From Paecilomyces variotii (taxonomy: Eukaryota), in NCBI GenBank assembly GCA_004022145.1, contig RCNU01000006.1: a DNA stretch of 64,000 nucleotides. One strand, written 5' to 3'. Positions 1 through 13,070 of the stretch are shown here, piece by piece. Position 1 is the first letter of the stretch. Each line of letters starts with the position of its first letter. Both the position numbers and the translations under genes were made by a program. The notes below the pieces were generated by a model, which saw only the letters and a program-made list of their open reading frames with translations, was not told where the DNA came from and made no database searches.

Positions 1-222
1 GGCTTACATAAGCAGGGCATGCTAGCCCGAAAGGCGATAGTTCAATATCAAAGGAACTCTTTCAACTCCGCCATCTTCATTGTCGCTGTCCTTGGCATGT
101 TACTTCACTCCTCATGCGACTGCGCTCCTAGAAAATTCCTAGTCTAGGGAATCATATCTTGGCGTCTAGCTGCATGGGTATATATTGAAAACTCGGCATA
201 TTGACAGAAGACCAAAGACAAA

Positions 223-3200
223 ATGTCTGCGCCTGGAGGGGCCCCGAGCCCTGCGCCGCGCAGTGCAAGTATCGGGCCCGGAGGTGGTATGCCCATGCCT
301 CCTCAGCAGCCGATGCCTTCTCCCCAGGTTGGCGGTGGTACGCCTGGTTCGGCGACAGGATCGACTGGAGTCATGTCCCAGCAGAACCTTAACCAGATAG
401 TAAGTGATGCACATGTATCTTTTGAACGCTGTTCTTTTCTGGCCACTCCTTTTCTGCTATTTGCTATGCTTGAGTTATGTGCTATGTTGTCTGGTTGTAC
501 TTTTCCTATTCGTTTTCTTATTTTTTGCGCGTGGTCTTTCAATATGGTTGGAATGGAATGGTGTGGCAACTCCAGGCTTGGGTAAAGAGTGGGATCCTTC
601 AATTAAACCAGAGCATGAGACGCCTTATGTGGAAGGATGTCATTGTCAATGCCATCTAAGGGCCTTTTCTCCGCTTGCTGTAATATGGTCAAGCTGGACC
701 GTGACTCTGGAGTTCATGCAACTGCGTCCATTCACACTATACACCGAGAACGATATAGATACACCGCCCAGAGCCATGTGTTATTTTCATCGGCTGTTCA
801 GCGGCGGACTCCGTGACATCTCCTTTATGATATCCGGAACAACGCTAGCGCCGACTACTGTTATAACATGGCGTTGCCTGTTTTGTTGTGCTGGTCCCCT
901 CTTCTCAAAAACGCAATAATCGTCGTTGTGAGACGCGTTATCTTTGCATCCACCGCAAGCAAAATGACGAGGAAGAGTGGTCGTGCCTCGAAATCTCGCT
1001 CAAAGGCTAGGTCCAGACGCAAGCCTAAGCATACGGATCATCAGGACTCTCCTGAAGCTCAAGCGAACGAGCAGCAGACTCTTGGTGTTGCAGCTCCGGA
1101 TCATGAAGACGTTGCCAGGGCTAAAGCTCCTTCGGCCACCAGTGACGAATCCACCGTCAAGGCCGACAGCCGCCAGCAGTCTGCCTCGACTTTGAAGGAC
1201 TTCGAGATACATGAGACTGCGACTAGTCCCGAGTGTTTTGCGGGCATGGCTGTTGAGTCCGAGGAAGACTACTTTACATTCCCTGCTGGACTCTCTAGAA
1301 TGGATCGATTACGCTACAGGCGCCTTGCTCAGACTAAGGACTCAGCCCAAGACGAAATCAAGGCGCAGCATGAGTTGAAGGAGAACAGAGAGCACATCGC
1401 TTCGACCCTTCTGGAGAGCAGTTCTCCTCTTGCTGCCCCTGAGGCAAACGTGCTGGCGCCTTCTGGTGGGCTGGCAGCGACTCCTGAGGGTGACTCTTCT
1501 GTTATTGCTCCGGTCAAGAACAAACGTGCCTCTGGGACTCGTAGGAAGCCGGTGAAAAAAGCATCCACAACCAATTCCGAGCAACTGGGTGGCACCCCTC
1601 CAGCGTCACAGGGTGGATCTGCAGCAAATCAACCGCCATCTTCTCAGGCTGCGCCGTATCAAGCTACACAAGTTCCGGTGCAGAACTCGGTTTCATCTCA
1701 GATATTGGATTCTGGAAACGTTGCCGGTCCTGTCAAGCCAGCTAGAAAGAGAGCCAGTGGCCGCCGTCGCCCGAAGTCCTCTGTCACTGATCCTACCGTC
1801 GGCCTCGCACCGTCTGTCAATACAGGAAACGAGCAGATTCTATCTGGGTTGCCAACCTTCCCTTTTCAACACGCATTTCAACCACGTCGAGACAGGGGAT
1901 TGGCTCGCCCTTCTACAACGGGGGGTTCATATGTTTTGTCGACCCAGGGAAACTCTCGTCTGTGGAAGCAGCCAACTGTTGAAGACTTGAATGAAAGAGT
2001 GTGTTATATCTGCGTGCTTGTTGTTGTGCTTTTTGTTTCTGCAATCATGTCGTCTTGTGCTGCTGTCCACATGTTTCTGCCGCACTGGTGTCTACTGTCT
2101 TCCCCGTCCTACTGTTGTTCATCTTGTCTCCAGCACAAACACAAACAAACTCTCCACCTCCATCATCTCACTGACGCTCACTCTCTTGCCAGGTCATCGA
2201 CTATCTTGCCAAGAAGGGATACAGCCGCACTGAAGCCATGTTGCGCATGGAATCCGCAAATCAGGAGATTGATGGCCGCCCTCTGCCTCCTTTGGGCGAG
2301 GATGCGCGTCCCAAGTATCGAGCTGGCTTTGGTAAGTGATATCTAGCTCTTGTTTACAGAATTGTTTGTGCTAATATCCAATTCAGATTTGCTCAAAAGC
2401 TGGGTTGAGGACAACCTGGATCTCTACAAGGTATATCCCCTGTTTCCGATTCAGCCCATCATATACTGACAAGATGTAGCCGGAACTGAGACGCGTCCTC
2501 TGGCCGTTGTTTGTCTACTCTTTTTTGAACCTTGTCACCTCCTTCTACCCTCAGGATGCCAAGCAGTTCTTCGCTACCAACAAGAACCTCTTCCTTCCTG
2601 AACACAGTGAAGATATCCGTGCTCTTGAGCCTATCAGCCTCCCTGAACACGTCCAGGACAACTCCACTGCTAAGTTATATCGTGGCAACAAGTATCGTCT
2701 GATCCTGAGCAATCCTGCCTTTTCGAACCTTATGCAGTTCTTGGAAAATAAGCAGAAGGAAGGCGGTTCGGTTATGTCCGCTATCCTGAGCAGCTACTGC
2801 ACCATTATCACCAAGGAACGTACTGCGGACGATCGATTCAGCTTTGCTGCCATGCTTGGCAAATCTGGTGATACGCAGACCTTCCCTCTTGAGGATGAAG
2901 GTATCCCTGGCCACCATCCGGGCTCCGCTTACACTGGAGATAATCCTGCCATGACTGGGACTCTTCCTCGTCTTAAGCTCGGAAATCTTCCTCCTGAAGC
3001 TCAGCTTGAAGAAGATGTGAGAGGTGAACTCGCGGAAGAAGATGCCAAAAACCCTCCTGTTGCCGGTCGCAACACTCTCGTCCAGGAATATGATCAGATG
3101 ATCAAGAAAGAAGAGGATGAAGATGCTCCAACTCGTGCTGAGATTCGTTACCCGCCTTCTACTGCACGTGACGTTGCAATGGAAGTGCAGAAAGTCAAGG

Positions 3201-4410
3201 AGAACCGTGACAGGTTCAAGATCGAAGGTCGTACTGGTGGCGTTGGCCCTGCTGTCAGTGTCTGCATGTTCACCTTCCATAATACTTACGACGGGTAAGC
3301 AGCCTTTCCATTCGATTACATGGACAAGACCTTCTCTAACCTGATATAAGAATTACGTGTCTCGACTTCTCGGACGACAACATGCTCGTTGCTGCCGGTA
3401 TGCAGGAATCGTACATTCGTGTCTGGAGTCTCGACGGACAGAAGATCAAGCCCACTCATGAAGGCATCGATGATAAGCCGCTCGCGAACTCACACCGTCT
3501 GATCGGCCACTCAGGACCTGTCTACGCTGTCGCTTTCGCTCCCTCTACCACTCCTACTGACGGTTCACTTGCACCCACCAACGTTCGCTTCCTGCTTTCC
3601 TCTTCTGCGGACAAGACTATCAGACTGTGGTCTTTGGATCTTTGGCAGTGCATGGTTGTTTACAAGGGCCATGACCACCCTGTTTGGGACCTTTCCTGGG
3701 GACCGTACGGTTACTACTTTGTCTCTGGCGGCCACGACAAGACTGCGCGTCTCTGGGCTACTGACCGTATTCGTCAACAGCGTATTTTCGCCGGACATGA
3801 TCAGGACGTTGACTGCGTCTGTTTCCACCCCAACTCTGCCTATGTCTTCACCGGCAGTTGTGACCGCACTGTCCGTATGTGGGCTGTGACCACTGGTAAC
3901 GCTGTCCGCATGTTCACTGGCCATACGGGAAATATCACTGCGCTGGCTTGCAGCAAGAACGGAAAGATACTGGCGTCTGCCGATGACCAGGGATCTATCA
4001 TCCTCTGGGATCTCGCTCCGGGTCGCCAGCTCAAGCGCATGCGCGGCCATGGAAAGGGGGGCATCTGGTCACTGAGCTGGAGTGCCGAGTCCACCGTTCT
4101 TGTTTCCGGTGGTGCAGATGGGACCGTCCGCGTGTGGGACGTTGCCGGTCCCGCTCAGGATCCTGCAGCGGCCCAAGGACGGGTCGTCGGCGAGGGCGGA
4201 GCGGGCACCAAGATCGATGCCGGCAATGCTTCCGCTGCGGGCGCGCAGCCCTCCGCCTCTGTTGGCCCAGGATCCAACAAGAAAAAGGGTAAGGATGTCG
4301 TGGTCACTCCTGACCAGATCAGCGCTTTTCCCACCAAGAAAAGTCCTGTGTACAAGGTCAAATTCACGAACATGAACTTGATCGTGGCCGGCGGTGCTTA
4401 CCTCCCTTAA
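223..4410 (+). CDS. TAF5: TFIID/SAGA subunit TAF5 (LisH, NTD2, WD40 repeats)
   Basis: Exons 223-399, 2193-2331, 2387-2430, 2480-3294, 3351-4410, all with GT-AG introns. Spliced product reads ...QQNLNQI|VIDYLAKKGYSRTEAML (LisH), PELRRVLWPLFVYSFL (NTD2) and WD40 repeats (GHSGPVYAVAF, GHDHPVWDLSW, GHDQDVDCVCFHPNS). Confidence 0.97.
964..1998 (+). CDS. Putative alternative first exon of TAF5 or nested ORF in intron 1 (345 aa, basic, low complexity)
   Basis: ATG at 964 in aaaATG context; frame is open from 868 to 2346. Phase-0 GTGTGT donor at 1999 can splice in frame to the TAF5 exon 2 acceptor at 2192/2193. Confidence 0.65.
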
Positions 4411-5042
4411 ACGGGGCAGGTTCAGCAGGGGGTGACCCTCGGATGCGCCTTTCAGCTTTACTCACTCCTGGTTTCTTCTGGTTGTTTTGTCCTTTTCTAT
4501 CTTATGCTTTTATTCCCGCCGTCCCCACGGGGAGGTGGTGGGCTGGGCTGTGGTGGCGTCACGGCTAGGCGGCGTCGTCGGGATGGAGTTTTGTTCGTAT
4601 CTATTTTCATCAACCGGATAGCTTCGAGGCAGATTCTTTGGTCCCCTAGGAGACTGAAAGTTCATAAGTCCTCGTTAAGCACCATGTAATACCAATACTG
4701 AACTGTGAATATTGTATTGTGTGTCACTGTAGTAACTAGGATTGTAAGCCATGGTGTAAGATCGTCCTTATGAGAGTTCTGTCCCTGATTTCGTTTTTCG
4801 GAACTCGAGCTTCAAATTCTTGTAGTTAAGACTACGACCGAGCATTTGGAGAAGAGAAATATGAGATTTGCCCACAATGTCGTGAGCTTCTACCCATATG
4901 TATATAAGAGCATAGACCGCTGCCTGAACCTCCTCACGCAGAGAACTAAGCAATACCAGAACCCACCCCTTTTCATCAAATAACGACAACATCCCATATT
5001 GAAGCTAGCAAAAAGCCAGACAAACAAACAAATCCCATCATC

Positions 5043-6467
5043 CTACGGAAACGGTCTCTTTAGCACCCCAGCAGCGGCATCCCCCGTGCCCTTCGCCATA
5101 GCTGCTGAAGCTAACATATCTCCAACCTTTGGTGGAAGAACGAGGGCGCTTCGATCGTTGCGTTTATAGAAATCTACTAGGATCTGAGCGGTTTTGGTGG
5201 GTTGGTCTTCTTGGATGAAGTGGCCGGCGTCAGGGAGGACTTGGAGTTGGTATTTTCCTGGTTGATGGATAAGAAAGAATTCATTGTTAGAGTTAATGCA
5301 GAAAACGTGATGGTTAGGATGAGTAAGTGGGGTTTTGATCAAGTGAAGTGTACTGTACGTACCTTGCATCTGCCCGATCATTAACTCCTTGTCGAGTCGA
5401 TCGGTCCCGGCTAGGAGAAGGAGCTTGCCGCCCTTGGCTTCGAGGAACTTCTTGCTCATTCCGACGAACCAGTTCTCCCAGAGGGGTTTGGTGACGGCGA
5501 GGTCTGTTCGCCAGACCCAGGGACGGGATGGGTCTGAGGGGTTCTCTTCTTCTCGGAGGAGAGAGGGGACGGAAGCGCGTGCGGATGTTCTGTTGCGGAG
5601 TGTGCGCGAGCGGATACTATGAGAGAAAATTGGTCAGAGGGGATTGTCTTCTGGACGGTGATAATAGTGGGCATGTAGATAAGGGGACATACTGCCATTC
5701 GATTCCTGATGAGAGGGAGGGGAATCGAGTCGGTCTTGTCATGAGATACTTCTCCATGCTCTGTAGAGCGTCCATTGCAGAACCTGTTCGATGTCAGTTA
5801 TCTGTAGATTTGTATGATGATGATGAACGATGATGAGAAGGGCTGGTTCACTAGCTAGCTAGTTATACACATACCTTCGACCACATCCAAGACCGCATAA
5901 GCTAATAGTTTCGCTCCCAGATCACCTTTCTTCGCAGCATCAACAACGACTGCGCCGCCAAGACTATGTCCAATGAGGACCAGGTCCGGAAGCGTATCCC
6001 AGCCCATCTTTTTCTGCGTTTCTTGCACAACGAATACCAGATCGCGGCTCAGGGTGTCCAGACGAAGATCGACTTCGACATCGCTGTTTACTGAATCTTG
6101 TTGTTCAGTCTTTCGAGTCACCGTCGTGCTTCCATGCCATCGGGCATCCGGTGCGAGGATCCCGACGTCAGGTAGGATCTTTCTGATCTCCTCTACACAG
6201 ACGGCGAATGAGAGAGCCGAAGAGCCTGCGCCGTGGTGCAAGACGAAGAGTGGACCTGATTTTGTCGGTGGTGTGATATAGACGTGGTGGGAAATGTGTA
6301 GGTCTTTCTCGTCTTCTTCCAGGTACAGTTCCTGAGCGAAGTAGTCTGTCCAGTTTAATGCAGCGTCTTGCTTGGACGATGATCTGAGAAGGAATGTTAG
6401 TGAGTGCGGAATGAAACAGAAGAGAAACTGGAGAGGCTGGAAATCGATGTATCGGACGGTATCTAGG

Positions 6468-6505
<38 letters not shown>

Positions 6506-6815
6506 CAACATTGGAAGCATAATCAAATGGGATATTTCGAAAGAAGGCTCCTTTGTCTATTGAAAAGAGGGGGAGGCTGTGGGGAGTTCAATCAACATAC
6601 CCTCTTCCTCGTGCAAAAAGATGCTGGCTTGGAGACGGAACGACCGTTCCTGTTGAGGAAGCAGACGAAGCGGAAGAAGAATCATCCTCATGTCCTCCCT
6701 CATGCTGCTGATGCGATGCCAGAGCATCCTCCTGGGCTTCATCGAATATTGGCGGGGGCTCGGGCGGCAGGCGGGCAAGCCGTGACTTGGCGAAAGACTT
6801 TTGGAGATCACTCAT
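5043..6815 (-). CDS. PPE1: Protein phosphatase methylesterase 1 (PP2A demethylase, alpha/beta hydrolase)
   Basis: N-terminus MSDLQKSFAKSRLARLPPEPPP; motifs HHGAGSSALSFA, GHSLGGAV, LDVVEG, KLLLLAGTDRLDKELMIGQMQG and GHFIQED; multi-exon. Confidence 0.95.
6471..6502. repeat. (AT)n microsatellite in PPE1 intron 1
   Basis: About 15 TA dinucleotide units visible directly. Confidence 0.95.
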
Positions 6816-7365
6816 ACCGTCTCCGTTCGCACTCTTATCTTAAGTATTGTTTGTATTTTGCGTGTTAAGTTAGTATGTGTCTCAGTTAGTGTTGTGTAGC
6901 CGTTGATATTGCTCGTTGATCTCTACAGTAGGCTGATAATAGATAAGTTAGATGTGCGACGGATGATTGTCCTCTAGATCGAATTTGATGAACCCCACCA
7001 AGTATTCATCTTTACTGTACACGGTTCGTCAGTGACTTGCATCGTCATTCACTGGTCTCTCCTAACGCACCACAGACTCGACGACAACAAATTGCAATAG
7101 ATGGTCATTTAATTGTGTACAGTACAGTATTTCTGCTGTTATCTTTCCCCGCGCCTGGGTCTCAAGTCCCACTCGATTGTGATTACTGTAATTGACTGGG
7201 TGCTTTGTTAGTTTCTACTGAAGTATCTGATCGATGCACTGCTCCGCTTTCAGTCCTTCTCAGCTCCATGGTCGCACTCTATATCTATCTTTTCAACCCG
7301 TTGTCAATAAATAATAAAAAATAATGATCAACCTCTCTCGAAATCGAAGTCCCAATGCGGCTTCA

Positions 7366-7411
7366 TCACGTGCCGATACTGAATGGCATGACCTCATCTG
7401 CCATGACGTCA
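7366..7411. promoter_or_regulatory. CACGTG and TGACGTCA (CRE/ATF-type) motifs in the divergent PPE1/membrane-protein promoter
   Basis: TGACGTCA palindrome at 7404-7411 and CACGTG nearby; function inferred only. Confidence 0.35.
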
Positions 7412-7666
7412 GACCAGATCTCCGCAAGAACAAGAACAAGAACCAACGAAGCAAGTAATTATTTTTATTTAGTTTTAATACTGATCGAGATCTTAGAATA
7501 ATATACCCTGCTGGGGCCATCCCAATCAATTTTCATGATCAGGCAGAAAATCCTTGCTCTGCATCTACAACCGCAACCAGATTTTGCGACACCCTGGACG
7601 TCGGTTAACTGAGCGCAAGATACCTCGACTGATCAGCGAGCGAAGTCTGGACTCCTGAGAGACACA

Positions 7667-9365
7667 ATGGTCTCACTCTGGGGTTCGAAGAAAGATGACC
7701 AAGGGAGGGCTGAGAATGGTGACCATGCGCAGCAAGATAACGACCGCCATTCTCCCGTCAGAGACTACGGAAGAAGGTCTCAGGAACCAGAGCCGGATGA
7801 GCGCACGCGATTGCTCCCCAGAGAAGGAAATGGCTATCTGAGTCCTGATGATCCTGCTGTAAGTATAGACCCATCAGACATATATCTTCCTTCCATGTGT
7901 GCAATCGCTGAGAAACTGTTCGAATCCGATTTAGGTGTCTCCATATAACCTCTGGACCGTACGAGCCCTTCGAGGTCTCTCTGTCTTCTTCCTCGCTATC
8001 AGCTTCGTCTGGTGGGTATTCCTGCTGGTGTCAATCTTCGTCAGTCCACCATTGATGCATAGTCGCGGATCCGGCTTCTTCGACTTTGCCTACACGAGCT
8101 TGACCGTTGGCTATATTATTATCGGACTGCTGTTCTTCTCCGTGCCCTCTCGGCCTATGCTAATCTGGGGCGCTGTTCTGTCCGTTCTCTTATTTATCGA
8201 TATGCTTATTATCGTGTCCGTGCCCCGAATTCGCGTGGAAGAAGGTTGGGTTGGCATCGCGTCTGTCATCTGGGCGACTCTTATCTCAATCTACAATATT
8301 ATGCAGAATCGATACGTGGCATGGGGCAAGAAGGAAGAGGAAGAACGGCTCACTGGTCGTGAGGAGACACGACGTACTCTGGTTGAATGGATCGCAGTCA
8401 TGGTGGAACTGGTCATTATGGGAATCATCGCTATCGTCGTGCTCCTTATGACAGCAACCCTCATCCTTCGCGCGAGGGACGCGAGTCTCGCTCCGCCAGG
8501 AAAGAAATACTACGTTGACGGCGACAAGTACCAGGTGCACGTCGCGTGCGTGGGCAACATCACTGCTCAAGAAGATAAGCAATCGCCCACAATCCTCGTC
8601 GAAGGTGGTGAGGGCCCCGTCGAGGACAGCCTGCAACCCTGGATCGATCAACTCTACCAGCATGGCACCATCGACCGCTACTGCTACTGGGATCGCCCGG
8701 GCTTCGCCTGGTCCGATAACGCACCCTCCCCTCACTCTGCAGGCATGGCTACCGACGCTCTATCCGAAGCTCTCGCCATCGCCGGGGAAGAAGGCCCCTG
8801 GATTCTCGTCTCCGCCGGCGTCGGCAGTATCTACAGCCGCATCTTCTCCAGCCGTCACCTGCGCGACGTCCAAGGCCTCTTCCTCATCGACCCCCTCCAC
8901 GAAGACTTCCTCTCCCAAGTCGGCAAACCCGGCCGTGGCTTCCTCCTCTGGGCACGAGGCATCATCTCCCCTCTCGGTCTGGACCGTCTCGCAGGCGCCA
9001 TTTTCAAAGGCCGCACCCGCGAAGACCGCGTCTTCGGCCAGAGCGCATACCAAGGCGGCCGCTTCATCAAAGCCAAGCTTCAAGAAAACCTCGTCGCGGA
9101 ATCCATGACGGCCAGCGAAATCGCCAGTGCGCGCCACATCCAGACCCGCGACACGCCTCTTGTCATAGCCAGTTCGGGCGTTGAGGTCCGCAAGAGCGAG
9201 AAATGGGCGAAGCGCCAGGAAGATCTGGGTCAGATCACTGATAACCTGATCGCGTGGGATGTGATTAAGCATGCTCCACATGAAGTGTGGAAGACGTCTG
9301 ACGGACGGAAAATCATGGAGGCTAGATTGGGAGATCTACTCAGGGCTGTTAAGGATGAAGCATAA
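7667..9365 (+). CDS. Integral membrane protein with C-terminal alpha/beta-hydrolase-like fold (yeast YNL115C-like)
   Basis: EPDERTRLLP and YLSPDDPA|VSPYNLW across intron 7859-7935; several TM helices; YCYWDRPGFAWSDNAPSP and GPWILVSAGVG. Confidence 0.85.
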
Positions 9366-10062
9366 AAAAATGGACAGAAAAAAGGGGAATTGTATATGAG
9401 ATATGGATAACATATGGATTTTTTTTAGGATATGTTTCTGAGCCAGTTTTATGACATATAATCAATGCTTTCGGATTTCATGTATAATATATGACGAGAC
9501 ACTGGCGTTCTATGATAATGCTATTCATTGCTTCCTGCTTGTACACATGTATTTTTACGATATGACAGACTGCGCAGAAGTTCTTCTTCTTTTTTCTTAT
9601 TGCTATTTATTTTCAGCATTGGGATTCCGAGAGGTGTTAGGGAGATGAGTAATAATTCTATTAAACACTGCCCAAGTTGACGCTCCCTCCGGCCGGACAC
9701 CAATACGTAGAAACCACAAAGGAGAAGCCCATCCCACGATGAAACAAGCCGTCCACATGCGATACCCACCAAAGAGCGGGAGACGATCCCATAATCGGGG
9801 AGGATGGCGTCGATACCCCTTCACGATTGTCGATGCTAAACGTCATATGGAGAAAGGGGAAGGCAGTGTCCGACACGCAAGGTTGGGGATGCAGACCGTC
9901 GAAGTATATAACCGCGACGCCTTACGAGACCGTCCACAGTTCGTTCGGGTTTATTGTATATAGGGAAATGGTAACACTTTCCCCGGGGAAGGGTCGTGAC
10001 AATATCTGCCAAATCGGAGAACGGAGCGAAGCATATGTTCGTAGCGGCGTGGGTATCACGGA

Positions 10063-12245
10063 TCACTCTAGGCTAGCTCCCTTAAACCTCTTAGCAAGTT
10101 GTTCACTGTCTGATGGAGATTCGGATCTCGACGCAGCAGAAAGGTGACGCTTTTTGCCATGAAATGACGGCAAAGAATTTTGATCTGGGAAGGGCCAAGG
10201 GCGCTTGGGGGGCCGCTCACCGCTCTCCTGAAGTATTGTAACTAATGTCGCCCATCCGGGTGTGTTTATCAATTGCAGTCCTTCCGCGGGTTCCTGCTTA
10301 GCGGCAACTCGGCACAAGAGTGATTCCTCATCCTAAGACATGTGTCAAAATGCAAGCTTGGAAGTGTGGGAGGAACTGCAGCCAACTACTTACCTTGCTA
10401 AAAGTGCCAAGAGAATGCAGGAAGCAGAGAAGGTGGAAGTCCGATACTGCACGAATGGCTCTGTCAGGATCTCCATGAGAGACGAGCTTTCTGGCAACAT
10501 GTCGAAGCTCCTGGCTTTCGCCAATCTCTCCGCGGTTCTCGATAGGGAAATTGCTATCAACAAACATGGGGAAAGATTCTGTGGGGAATCCATGGGTCAA
10601 AGTCACTAGCAAGTATTCAACCGGGAAACTGGGTTTCGCGTTTTCTTGAACGCTGGCGCCGTATTCATTAATCCGGCGGTAAAACACCTCTGGAATATAG
10701 CGGACCTTGCTGCCTTCGTCCTCGTCATCCTCTGACTGGACAAGCATTACTGACGGGTCCGCAGACGGCTCGACTATATCAGCCCTCACCATCTCGACGG
10801 CTGAATTTGAAGCTTGATAAGCACTGATTGTGATGGCACCCTCTTCATCTCCACTGAGCACGCAAGTGACGAAGTTAGAGCCAAAACGACCAGTCTCGCT
10901 CCACTTTGTTGCTTTTGGATGTTTGGCCTGTAGCCGGGAGGCGAAAGCAATCTCCAACGAAGAAAGGAAATATGAATCCATGTGACGCTTGCAGATGACG
11001 GTGCCGTCCCCTTGTCCCGCATCAAGCAAGTCCGTAAATATTACCCCAACCTTCTGGAGGCCGCATAACCGAGCAACTTCGTCGACTTCCTTTTCGTTGG
11101 TCCAGTCATGTAGTGTGATTCCATCTATTTCACCAACTTGTGGTGGCTCATAGATAGCCTGAACTACAGCCTTGATGCCTAGAGGGACTTCAGTGTACTC
11201 CTCGTAGGTACCGTAAAGAAAACCCAACCGCTGAGCACCAGATTTCCGCCAGTAGTCCAGCAGGGAGTTAATCAGATCCGGAGATGAGAACTCGACGTGG
11301 TCTACCATTCGGAATTCTTGAGGTTTTAGTGTAATGGCGCTAGGCTGACACTTCGTACAGATTCCTTCTGGCCACTGAGGGTGTCCCGACGGACAGTTCC
11401 GTTTTACTCGGTAATACGGTTCGCTGAGCGGCGGCATGTATGTGCTCTTGAGTTCGGGTTTGTTGGTCGAGAGGTTGATCTTGCGCAGGTAGGAGTGGAA
11501 GGATAGGTGTTTGATCTTCTTTTCGGCGAGATACTGAGGGGCGTAGGGTTCGAGCGGCATGCAGTAGTCACACATGCCTTTGGGGCCGTGGCGGCACATC
11601 TTCTGGTCCCGACCACGGTGGATCTTTCCATCTTTCTTGTCCATCATGTCATCAAGGGCCGACTGCTGTACGACTTCCCAGGGATTCTTGATGAGAGCGG
11701 ATGGCGATGTGGGCTGCGGGGGTAGTGTGATAGTCTTCTCCTCCACGGGAGCTCCATTGAGACGACGGGCTTCCGTTTGGGCAAATTTGGTACTGCCATT
11801 TGCAGCGCCGTTCGCCAACGATCCCTTTTCCTGATAGCCGATGAAGAGCTTGTCTCCATGCCTTCGAGAACGGACCCAGTTAACCACGAAGCTGGCAATA
11901 TACCGTATCGACGTAAAGACTTACGATAACCCAACTCTCTCTATCGATACTCCTTGTAGAGTGCTCAAGTTCCTCTCCTGCCCACCTGTGCCTATAGGTT
12001 TGTTGGAAAGGACGATGGAAGAAGGTTCGACATTGTCCGGTAGTTGCTCTAGGATCTGCGAATAAGATCAGTATGATCATCCCACCACTATTTGAAGGCT
12101 ATAGCCTGTCATAAATTGCCATAGGAGACTCTGGTCAGCTCACCTTTTGCTGCAATGCAGGGAAGAGCTCTGTAGGGCTCACCGTCAAGCGGAACTGGCC
12201 ATTGCGGCTCTCGAACCGCAGGATGATGGGCTTTGAGGGAGGCAT
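10063..12245 (-). CDS. NPL4: Cdc48 adaptor Npl4 (nuclear protein localization 4)
   Basis: [20 protein letters not shown]; zf-NPL4 motifs [18 protein letters not shown] and [47 protein letters not shown]; multi-exon. Confidence 0.97.
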
Positions 12246-13070
12246 TTCGACGGGGTTATGGTAAGGGACTCTGAAATCAAGGGAAGAAAGATCGATCCGT
12301 CACACTCATCGCCAGGAAGCAAGTAAGAGAAAAAAGAAGGAAAAGTGATGAGAGGCAGCTGGTTTGTCAGGGTGGTTGGCCTACTCTAAAGTTGAAGGTG
12401 ACCGAAGGCAGCGGAGCTCTATCGTCATGGCCCGCTGCGGCGTCACCGCCCGCCTACGGTGAGTCTTACAAGCGCTTTGTGCCACTCCATCACTAATGAA
12501 TTGAGGGGAAATTCACAACAGTAGAAAATTATCGTGAAAAGGTGGCCGTTAAGAGTATCATTACTGAAATAAGTCTATAAAAAGGAGCGTTTTTATTGAG
12601 TTGAAAATTGGTAACCAATAATTGAGGGGCTAGTATATTACCTAGCTTTGCTCGCAGTAATATCGATTCTCTCGTTAGCTTTTTGTTATGTTTATGCCGT
12701 ATTGCTAAAGCTAGCTGATTTGCTAACTAAATGATTCTATCAAAGAGGACCAAAAGTTTGGTATACTATTTGTATCTTATTCATTATTATTAGACGGCAT
12801 AGATTGTCACATAGCCGTCCTATGCATATGTTTCTAAGTACATATTCTCGCAGGAGAAGGACATCATGGAAAAGAAAACTCTAGAGGACAAGCAAGCAAG
12901 AGGGTATCTGGATCCGATCAAAGTATGTTGCATTTCTTCGGCAGACCGCAGGGACCTCCCTCCTCGCTGTTCTCCTGAGATTCCTTCTTTTCAGTCTGTG
13001 CTGCCGCAGCAGGAGCCTGGGTCGTGTTGGGTGCCGCTTCTTTCTTACTCTCCTTGGGGGTTCCATCTAG

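Noticed and set aside
404-919. 171-aa hydrophobic ORF in TAF5 intron 1
   Set aside because: It derives from T-rich intron sequence directly after the exon 1 donor, with no motifs or good start context.
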